A program made the position numbers and the translations under genes. From Rhina ancylostomus (lineage: Eukaryota), in assembly GCA_030265395.1 (NCBI GenBank), contig JARFYF010000063.1, forward strand, positions 26,433,962 through 26,497,961: 64,000 nucleotides of DNA, written 5' to 3'. This document shows, piece by piece, positions 42,070 through 52,138 of the stretch. Position 1 is the first letter of the stretch, and every line of letters starts with the position of its first letter. A model generated the notes under the pieces. That model searched no databases and was not told where the DNA came from. It saw only the letters and a program-made list of their open reading frames with translations.

Positions 42070-43268
42070 CTAATGGAAAGGACGACAACAGATACAGACA
42101 AAGCAAGGGTAAGTAACATAGACAACAAATAGCTTAGGAGCATAACTGCTTCAACAAAGTAAAATGTGGCATTAGAGGACAAATAGTATAAATATTCTCT
42201 CCACTCTTCCATACCATACGGTGCAATGATGAAATTATAAACCCTGTGTGAACACAAGTGTGGAATTCAGGTGGTAGAATTTATCAGAATTACTTGCAAA
42301 AATGTTTTTGTTGGATGTTGGGAAAGTCAGACCTTCTTTAAACAGATTTCAAAAAAATTCACTTTTAATTAAGTATTTGAATATGGATCTCTTATTCATA
42401 TCAACAGAGAAAATTCTGTTCAGGTTCTATTATGATGAGCTTGTCACTCATTTTGTTGGGGTTTAAGTATCCTGGCTAACAGCAATAAATACTAAATGAT
42501 TCCATATCTATTATCATGTGATTGGTATTACTATTACTCCCATAGATCTACAAGGTGTATCAGCATACGAGTTGTTCTAACTATTGGGTTAATCATCCAA
42601 TTCCTTCATTATTCTTTGAAATACATCTGTTACTCTTTTTTAACTTCCACTCTTCATTTTTTCCCCACCTCCTCTTGTTTTTTGGCATTGCTTTTTTATT
42701 AGCTATTTTGCTGCTTTTCTCCTCGGCTCCACTTGCTTTTGTAAAGTTCTGCGTAATGTCATACATATGGCAGGAAAGAACACTGCCCTTTCATCTCTGG
42801 GACCTAAGTTCAACCCAGATACAAAGAATGATAAGCTTCCCATCATCCCTGCCGTCCCTCTCCCTCACACTAAGACCAGCGAACAAAGCAATTTGGTCTC
42901 AGCTAAGTCCAAAAGTCAGGGCCAGTGCACAAAGGTTTTAAAAATATTTTACTGGTGCAGTAACCAGCGTTGTTCTGAAATCAAGGCTTGCTTATTTTTA
43001 GTCTGAGAATGATCTTTTGCTGGAAAAGTTGAAATATGTTTTTGATTTCCTGGGAGTATTAGTAAAACTATAAGAACATAAGTTAATGAGAGTATAATGG
43101 CTTACAACTTTAGGCTTCCATGTCATCTTCATGCTGCTCATTTAGAAGAACTTCTAAGATGTGCAGAGCACAGTCCACGTGGAAAAGTGAACTGCCAAGA
43201 ATCAGAGACCCCATCAGGAAAAGAAATACTGTCAGGAAATGCCGCATTTTACTTTGTCTTGGCTTGGC

Positions 43269-43274
43269 CATGCA
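43269..43274 (-). promoter_or_regulatory. Candidate RBFOX intronic splicing enhancer UGCAUG
   Basis: Minus strand reads gtaagtttatatctgctggTGCATGgcc; the motif is at intron positions +20 to +25 after the exon 2A donor. Confidence 0.45.
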
Positions 43275-43293
43275 CCAGCAGATATAAACTTAC

Positions 43294-43448
43294 ACAAGAA
43301 ATTGGCAGTAGTGTTCCCACTACTAAGAGCAGGAGACTGGATACCACACTTTTCTTATTGCTGTACTTGATGCTGTCATCATCGCAGTAAAACCCTCTTT
43401 GATAAGGAGAGATGCCTGCAACATTTATAATTGCAGTTGGAAGAATAA
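43294..43448 (-). CDS. PLPP3: Alternative, probably mutually exclusive, PLPP3 exon 2A, 155 nt
   Basis: Acceptor tttctttattcattcag, donor gtaagt. Open frame (V)ILPTAIINVAGISPYQRGFYCDDDSIKYSNKKSVVSSLLLLVVGTLLPISC shares the PY.RGFYC.D.SIKY motif and phases 1/0 with exon 2B. Confidence 0.9.
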
Positions 43449-43689
43449 CTGAATGAATAAAGAAATAAATGTAAATATTACTAAACTGCTGATCAGATTT
43501 CCAACTGAGAAAGAAATGTATTCAGGTTGGATTTGCAACTACCACATGATTTTTTTTTAAAGCTGTAATATTAAACCATGTAAGCTAAACAGTGAAATTT
43601 CATTCCTGGCAAATCACATTATTTTTGACCTTATAGTGAAGAAACAAAAATACAGACCCATCAGCGGCAGAAATTTTACATATACAGGG

Positions 43690-44480
43690 CACAAGTCGAG
43701 GACTGATTAAGGATAGTCAGTACAGCTTTGTGAGTGGGAAATTGTGTCTCACAAATTTGATTAAGTTTTTCTGAAGAGGTGACCGAGAGGTTTAACGAGG
43801 ACAGCATGACGGACGTTGTTCACATGGACTTTAGCAAAGCTTTTCACAAGATCCCGCATGGTAGGCTCGTCCAGAAGTTTGGTTACACATGGGATCCAGA
43901 GTGAGCTAGCCAATTGGATACAAGACAATGGTGAGACCGCAGTTGGAATATTGTATGTGGTACTGATTTCCAAGCTATATGAAAAATGTCATTAAGCTGG
44001 AAAGGGTGCAGAAAAGATTCACAAGAATGTTAGCTGGGCTGGAGGGTTTAAGTTATAAGGATGGACTGGATAGGCTGGGATCCCTGCAGGGATTTTTCCC
44101 CTGCAGGGTAGGAGGCTGAGGGGTGACATTATAGAAGTATATAAAATCATGAGGGCCATAGATAAGGTGAATGGTCATGGCCTTTTTCCCCCAAGGCAGG
44201 GGAATATAAAACTAGAGGGCATAGATTTAAGGTGAGAGGGTAGGAGTTGAAAGGGGACATGAGGGGCAACTTTTTCCACACAGAAGGTGGTGGGGATGTG
44301 GTATGAACTACAGGAGGAAGTGGTAGAGACGGGTACAAATACAATGTTTAAAAAGGTACTTAGACAGGTACATGGATAAGAAAGGTTTAGAGGGATATGG
44401 GCCAAATGGGGCAAACTCAGATAGGCAACTTGGTTGGCATGGACATGTTGGGCCACGCTGTACAACTCGATGACTCTGTG
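43690..44480 (+). mobile_element. Internally deleted CR1 LINE
   Basis: RT block (cagctttgtg..gtctcacaaatttgatt..atggactttagcaaagctttt) jumps near 43923 to the C-terminal block (gaaagggtgcagaaaagattcac..actagagggcatagatttaagg) and tail. Confidence 0.88.
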
Positions 44481-44854
44481 ACAAGATCTTCGATAGGATA
44501 ATGAAATCCTGAGAATTAATAATTGTAGTGTCACCCTATACCAATAACTACAGTGTAGTACAGTCCCACAAGTCACAAAGGCTCTTCCCTAGAAAGGATT
44601 GCATGATGGAGCTGATCCTTTTAAAGAAACATTCCTGTTATGTATTCTTAGTTCATCTCACATTACTAATCATGTCAGAGGACTGACCAACCTAATTCTG
44701 ACAAGGAGTTGCCNNNNNNNNNNCAAATAATTGTTTTTTTAATTAATAGAAATTAATTTTAATCTTTTTGGGTTTTGGAAGATTTATATGATATGATTTT
44801 AGGCACACTTTTGTGAACTTAATTAAACTGCATCTTATCAATTAAAAGAAACAA

Positions 44855-45310
44855 ACTTATATTTATACACTATCTTTCACAACCAGAGAACATTTCAAAG
44901 TGCTTTATAGTTAATTAAATAGTTTTGAAGTGTTGCAATATAAGTAAAGGAGCATCTAATATAAGCACAACAAGCCTTCACAAACACCAATATGATTATG
45001 ACCATTTAATCAGTCTTCATGATGTTCATTACAAGATAAATATTTGTTAGAACTCAACAGATAATTCTCCTTTTCTGTTTCAAGATAATATCATGGGATG
45101 TCTCACATCCAACTGAGTGAGCAGAGGGCCACAGTTGATTTTTTTCATCCCAAAGACAGCTCCTCCTTCAGTAATGAAACCTCCCGCCCCCACCTGTTCT
45201 GCACTGGAGCATCAAGCTACAATTTTTTTCTGCTCAGACTTCAGAACTGGGACTTGAACACAACCCTCTGACTCAGAAGAAAGAATACTAACAACTGAGC
45301 CAGAGCTACC
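44855..45310 (-). mobile_element. SacSINE1/DeuSINE-like old SINE
   Basis: Reverse strand shows a tRNA-like head (ggctcagttg..ctgagtcaga..gttcaagtcccag), a Deu-like core (ggatgtgagacatcccatgatattat..gaaac..ggagaatt) and an L2-like tail. Matched to a recalled consensus. Confidence 0.7.
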
Positions 45311-46004
45311 ACCAAGGTAAATATTAACAGGAGTTCCTGTGTCTGATTATCTAAAGTTAATTAAAAGCTCTACAAATCAGAATGAAATTCTACAGGTCAT
45401 CACGCTGAGATTATAGATTTTCTATACATTGACACCAATGGTGAAGATATGGAGGATTATCTTACTCTCCTTCTAACCTAATTAACAGCTTTCAGACTTT
45501 CCTCAAATTCCAAAGCCAACTCTCTAACTATGCTTCAGCTTTTCAATTGAACAATACAGTTTTATTGTTTCTTTGTAGGAAATTGCTTAGTCATGGAACT
45601 GCTAAAGTACACCTCATCAACCAAAGATTAAATTTCAAGAAAATTAATTCAAGTAATGCTGCTTCTCTACAGTAACCAAATCTCCTGAGTAATCAGAAAC
45701 ATTGAACTGATTATTCATGTTTTGGACCTTTTACGTTTATGTTCTTGATATCAACTTGGTGTGGGTTAACAATTTGTGCAAAAAGTTGTGAAAGATGTCA
45801 AATAACATAGCCAACAGGATGGGGATTGTGTGGCAGATGCAACGAGACACAGAGTATTTAATTTTTTTTTAAAGTAAGAGTAAAGATACTTTTTAAGTGT
45901 TCATGCCTTAAATGGAATGAGCAAGTAGGAAGGGCAATACAGATATGCATGATTTTATATTTGTAGGGAAATAGAAATAGCCGAGAAATACAAACATACT
46001 ATTG

Positions 46005-46566
46005 ATTTTGACGAAGCTCACCAGCGCTTCTACTTCCTCAGGAGGCTAAAGAAATTTGGCATGTCACCTTTGACACACACCAACTTTTACTGATGCACCA
46101 TAGAAAGCATCCTATCTGGATGCATCACAGCTTGGTATGGCAACTGCTCTGCCCGGGTCTGCAAGAAACTGCAGAGAGTGGTGGACACACCCCAGCACAT
46201 CACAGAAACCAGCCTCCCCTCCATGGACTCTGTCCATACCTCTTGCTGCCTTGGTGAAGCAGCCAGCATAATCAAAAACCCCACCCACCCGGGTCATTCT
46301 CTCTTCTCTCCTCTCCTCAGTTCCCTAGTACGATAAAATGGACTCCTAACTTCACAGTCTACCTCGTTATGACCTTGCACCTTATTGTCTACCTGCACTG
46401 CACTTCCTCTGTAGCTGTGACACTTTGCTCTATATTCTGTTATTGTTTTTACCCTGTACTACCTCAATGCACTGTGTAATGCACTGATCTGTATGAACAG
46501 TATGCAAGACAAGATTTTCACTGTACCTCGTTACAACTGATAATAATAAACCAATACCAATACCAA
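46005..46566 (+). mobile_element. Rex1/Babar-type LINE 3' fragment
   Basis: cagcgcttctacttcctcaggaggctaaagaaatttggc (QRFYFLRRLKKFG), followed by a tail ending tttcactgtacctc...aataaaccaataccaatacc. Confidence 0.85.
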
Positions 46567-47394
46567 ATGAACAAGGGGAGAATAGTAAGCTTAGGCAAGA
46601 GGACAGGTTTGTTGAATGCTTTTGAATAGCTAATTATAGGAAGTTATGAAATCAGTGCTAAAGGCACTTCGTAATTTATTAGAAATGAATGAGGAATAGG
46701 GATTTACAATTATGAAGAGTTTAAACATTACAGTGTTTTCACCAGAGCTGAAAAGATTGACAAATAATCTTGTGGCGGTCTTTATGACTTTGATAGGTCT
46801 TGATAAGGTAGTTTGTGGGATATTGATTCGATTGATCAGTATAATAATAATAAAAGGGTATATATTTATCAAAAAAATGACTAAAAGACAAGAAAACAAA
46901 GCCTAAGTAAATGACTTGTGTAAAGAACGTGATGAGCCTATTTCTGTTTTTGACTCATAGGTTGGGAAATTGCAAACTTCATCATAAAAATTTACCCATT
47001 GTTCGGCTTTGCTAAGAACAAGCACTTTTAAGCTTTTTTGCACCATAGCTAATTAACACTGTGCTTGATTTACAATTTTGCTCTGATTATTAAGACAGAT
47101 AAATTTATACTGGCAAACACTAACAAATTATCTTGGCAAAAAGACCACAACAATCAATTACTGCCTGCCATTGGTGTCAGTGCTTGCATCAGTCCTTTTT
47201 AACTTGTGTGTCTACACAATAAACACACCTCACCCTGAATCCAGGAAATTCATCAATACTGATGATTTTGCACTACTCATGCAAGCATTAATGCTCAGGA
47301 AAGCAACTCGGATGCTCACGAGCAATTTGAACTTACTGAAAAGTTATTTCTAGATCTGCCATCACCAACCCAAACAGAATAAGACAATAGAGTC

Positions 47395-47716
47395 AAGAGT
47401 CAGAGTTATACAGCAAGGAACCATGCCCTTTGACCTAACTTGTCCATGCCAACCAAGGTGCCTACCTGAGCTAATCCCACTTGCCTGTGTTTGGCCGATA
47501 TCCCTCTAAACCTTCCCTATTCATGTACTGGTCCAAATATCTTTTAAACGTTGTAACTGTGCTTGCCTCTATGACTTCCTCTGGCAGCTCATTCCATATA
47601 CCCACCATTCTTTGTGTGAAAAACTTGCCTCTCAGATCCCCTATAAGTCTTTCCCCTGTCACCTTAAATCTATGCCCTCTAGTTTTAGACTCCCCTACTC
47701 TGGGAAAAAGACTGTG
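47395..47716 (-). mobile_element. CR1 3' end
   Basis: HSLFPRVGESKTRGHRFKV..FFTQRMVGIWNELP in ORF 47471-47875. Confidence 0.9.
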
Positions 47717-48739
47717 AGAATTCACATGAAGAAACTGGGCCTTCTCTCCTTGGAATCTGAAAGGAAATCTGATAAAAGCATTTAAAATCATGAAGACTAT
47801 AGAATAGTAGAGAGAAACTGCTCCCACTGTTGTGGGATATAGAATTGGGCAATATAGAATGAAAGTGATTGGCACAAGTGGTTAGGCCATTGAACCCAAT
47901 ACATCCATGCCAGTTCTATTCCAGCTAGCCCCAATCCACTCTTCTCTTCTCTCCCAATAGCCCTGCATTATTCCCTTTCAGGTATTTATCCAGTTCCCTT
48001 TTGAATGCCACAATTAGATCTGCCTCAACTACTCCACAGCCAATTTGCATTCCAGATCCCAATTAAATTCTGCACAAAAATAAATCCTCATATCACCTGT
48101 GGTGCTTTTGCCAGTCACTTGTTCTCTTATCCTGGGGGACAAGTGCCAGAACACTCTGCCCCTGTATACTCTGAAGCAGAATCTATCTCTGGCCATGCAG
48201 CCACCACACAAAGATCAAATAAACACAGATAAATGGTTACTGGTGTGGCACCACATGGCTCTATCTGCCATTCACTGTGATTTTATCATCCTTCATGAAC
48301 TGGCAAAACCAAAATCCCATTACAAAGGCTTGTCAAAACCATCACAAATGCACTTAAAATCTTGCTGGCCATTATAGGAAACAGCAGCCCATATCTGTGC
48401 TCCGGACAGATGGTGGGAGCATGTCCAATGCAGGAAACAAATATCTCATCACTGACTCCACATTGGGAGCCCCTGGATCAACCTCCCTTGAAGAGAGTGG
48501 ACAGCCCTCAATAGAATCCACACAGGTCATGGATGACGTAGCCCATGCTACACAAGGGAAAGATGCTGGACGATTCAAAACGCAATTGTGACCACAAATC
48601 CCAAACCACAGAACACACATAAACCTGCCCATCAACATTTGTTGCAGAAGGCACCTCATTTCTCCACATGGTATCTTAGAGGCCATTGACTGGATTCACA
48701 GACTGAACATCAAAATGTGAGGCTTTTCATGCTTTATGA

Positions 48740-50020
48740 AAGAGTGACTGGCAAGAATAGCTAATGTTATCCCTTTGTTCAAAAGGGGCAGTAGGGATAA
48801 GCCAGGAACCTAAAGGCTAATGAGCCTTCCATCCATGGTAGGGAAGTTGTTGGGAGTAAATTCTCAGGGACAGGATTTATGTTCACTTTGAAAGGCAGGG
48901 CCTTATTAGGAAGAGTCAGCAGATTTTACATTAACTTTAGTAAGGCTTTTAACATGGTCCCACATGATAGGCTGGTCCAGTAGGTTAAGACACAAGGGAT
49001 CTGAGGCATGTTGGCTAACTGGATCCAAAACTTACTGGGTACTAGGAGGCAGAGGGTACTGGTGGACAGGTGTTTTTTTGACTGGAACCTTTGTTGTTTG
49101 TAATGTATAGAAATGACTTGGATGAGAATTTAGGTGGCCTGATTAGCAAGTTTGCAGAAGACACAAAATTGATAGTGTTGTAGATAATGAGAAAGGTTAT
49201 TTAAATTTGCAGTGGGACATAGGTCTCCTAGAAAGTTAGGGCAAGGCGATGGCAGGTGGAATTTAATCAAGGCGAGTGTGAGGTAATGCACTTTGGGAAG
49301 TTAAATTCTGTCAGGACATATAAAGTAAATGGCAGAGGCCTTAGGTTGTTGAAATACAGAGACCTTGGGATGCAAGTTCATAGCCCCCTGAAAATGGAGA
49401 CATGCATGGATAGGGTAACAAAGGCGGCATTTGGTATGCTTGCCTTCATCGGCCAAGGCACTGAGTATAAGAGTTGGAACATTACGTTACAGCTGGAGAA
49501 AGCATTGATTAGAATGCACTTAGAGTATTGTGTACAGTCTGGTCATCACACCACAGGAAGGATGGTGTAACAGTAGAAAGAATGCAGAAGAGATTCACCG
49601 GGATGTTACCTGGAATGAAGGGCGGTAGTTATAAGGAGAGATTGGATAGGCTGGGTTTATTCTCACAGGAGGCTGAGTGGTGACCTTATGTAACTTTGTA
49701 AGATTATGAGAGGCATAGATAGGATGGATAGTCAGCCTTTTTCCCAAAGCAGCAGAGTCCAGAACTAGAGGGTGCAGGTTTAGGGTGAGAGGGGAGAATC
49801 TTAAAGGAAAAGTTCTTCCACACAGAGAATAGTGGTTATTTGGAATGAGCTGCCAGAGGAAGTAGTGGAGGCACATATAACCTTTGNNNNNNNNNNNNNN
49901 NNNNNNNNNNNNNNNNNNNNNGGATACAAGCCTAATGCAGGCAAATGGGATTAGCAGAGATAGGCATCACGGTTAGCATGAATGAGCTGAGCAAGGGCCA
50001 ATTTCTGAACTATACAATTG
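48740..50020 (+). mobile_element. Degraded CR1 LINE ORF2
   Basis: gactggcaagaatagctaatgttatccctttgttcaaaaagggg, aagtttgcagaagacac (KFAEDT), MEFNQGECEVMHFG and HLEYCVQ blocks. Confidence 0.88.
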
Positions 50021-50332
50021 AATGATCGATCAATTTATAAAATTAGATAAAGGTTAGCAATCTGAAAACAAAACGTTTTGATATTCCATTACCTCAACAA
50101 ATTCACCCTTAAAATCTTCCCAAGAACACAATTTTTATGTAACCTTTACCGTTGTTGAACTCCTGAACTCTTTAACCACGGTTGTTTAAATTTTAACCAT
50201 GCTCCACAATTCAGATGTAAAGATTCTTTGAACAATGATTAAAAAGCATATAAATTTCTATCTGAAAAACCTGTAACCTAAAAAGAACAGCTTGATTACA
50301 CGTAGGTCATGTTTTGTCTTTTAAATATGTTG

Positions 50333-50480
50333 TAGGGAGCATGACCTTGCACCTGGAATTGCCTGTTAGCTGACCTTGGCTTGTTCTATGGATCACCTTT
50401 ATGTTTGTTTCCGAAGTCTAAATGGCTAACAATCGATAAACAACTTCAAGGCAATTCCAATTGCAAGGTCATGCTCCCTA
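50333..50480. mobile_element. MITE-like element with about 32-bp terminal inverted repeats
   Basis: TAgggagcatgaccttgcacctggaattgcct ... aggcaattccaattgcaaggtcatgctcccTA. Confidence 0.7.
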
Positions 50481-50961
50481 TAAAAGCAAGTCAGCACCTT
50501 GGGAATAACATCTGAATGTTAAAATTAATGTATAGTCCATTTTACCCCCCACTCTGAGCCTTTTATGAATCCTTCAATGCTTATCTACTTATGAAGCACA
50601 GATCGTTCTAAAAACGTCTATTTTAATCTTTATTATAGCTTATTCCACGGAATTGGGGTGCTACAGCTGAATTATAAAATAATTGAAAAGCAAAGAAGTC
50701 ACAGTAGGTTCAAACTCTAGGGCAATATTTTGGCTGGTCCAGAAGACAATTTTCTAATTTATGCAGTAGTGATGGGACAGTAGTTTCAGCAGAGAGCACA
50801 AGATAAACAATGTCAGAGTAGTCCTTCATTCAGAGAAGAAGGAATTTTTTTTACTCATGCTCAATCAATTACAGGATGTATAAATCACAAGCACAGCCAG
50901 GATTAATTGGCTATCCCAGAGCGCCCCTGAGGTGGTGATGGTAAGCTGTCATTTTGTCAAA

Positions 50962-51150
50962 TGGATTTCCATAGGAGGCATCTTCATGTTCCCATCTAAA
51001 TCATGCAGCATTCTGGAAACTGGAATACTACCAAGTCAAAATCTGAGAGTCCCTCCAACAATTCAATAATGGTAATCTAGAAACAGTGATAGGTTTCCAG
51101 AATGCTGTACAATTTAGATGGGAATTGGGAGATGCCTCTATGGGAATCCA
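50962..51150. mobile_element. MITE-like element with about 58-bp imperfect inverted arms
   Basis: ggatttccataggaggcatct..ttcccatctaaat..cagcattctggaaac pairs with gtttccagaatgctg..atttagatgggaa..agatgcctctatgggaatcc. Confidence 0.7.
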
Positions 51151-52005
51151 GCTCTTGTCCTTCTAAAAGAAAATAAAAGTCAAGGGTACGTGAATAACTG
51201 TTAAAGCAGCCATAGCTATTTGCTTTAAATGGTACACACTATGTGTACTCAATGGTGCTCAATCAAAGGAACTACCTAAGCTTGGATAATGTCAAGTTGA
51301 TGGAGCCATACTCATTCAAGCATATGGTGAGTATTCCATCCACTCCAGATTTGTGTCCTGTAAGCTGGTGAAAGGTTTTGTGAAGCCAGGAGGTATGTCG
51401 TTGGTTATGTATTTTTCCCAAAAATATACTATGTTCATAATCTATACAGTAAATATAATGTCATTATCTGCATTTACTGTACCAAGCAATTCAATACATT
51501 CCTTTACAATATCACTCATATTTTATTTAATATGCAGTTTCTGGCTTAGTCTGCAGCCATAGTATTTAGCTGTTTGTACAGTTAAGCTTCTGGTTAATGG
51601 TGACTCCCTGTATGTTGGTGGTGGGGAATTCAATTATGGTAAAGCTACTGAACACATGCTCTCGTTTTGAAGTTGATCACTGCCTTTCTCGTGTGGTGTG
51701 AATATTATTTGTCACTTATCATCTCTTGCCTAGCAATTTCAATGGAACTGAAGTTGCAAATGGAAATAAATTCTGTGTAATTACCAGTGGTTATATCAAC
51801 TTTTTTGAAGGAAGAATAGTTCGAGTTTATGATGGAGGGAAAATCATTGATGGTCAGACTTGGCCGCCCGGAACACAATCCTGAACACCTCCCACATCAA
51901 CTTTTGGAGTAAGATGATTGGCATCCAAAACCCACAATCACCCTCCCCCGTATTGGACATGACCCCAGCCAGCGGAGATGTTTATTCAAACACCCAATAA
52001 CTTCA

Positions 52006-52138
52006 TCAGTCCTTATGCAGGGTTTCGACCAGAAACATTGACAATTTCTTTCCCCCTCCACAGATGCTGCTCGACCTGCTGAGTTCCTCCAGCAGATTGG
52101 TTGTTGCTCCAGATTCCAGTATCAGCAGTCTCTTGCGT
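52006..52138 (+). mobile_element. Short Penelope-like terminal-repeat element with 14-bp target site duplication
   Basis: Flanked by acccaataacttca at 51992-52005 and 52139-52152; body gatgctgctcgacctgctgagttcctccagca. Related copies at about 2340-2465 (-), 6422-6520, 26940-27025 (-), 38138-38215, 53685-53755 and 56690-56770. Confidence 0.7.

Noticed and set aside
13476-43448. Calling the gene PLPP1 because it has two exon 2 variants
   Set aside because: Exons 2B, 3 and 4 carry PLPP3-diagnostic sequence ([52 protein letters not shown]).
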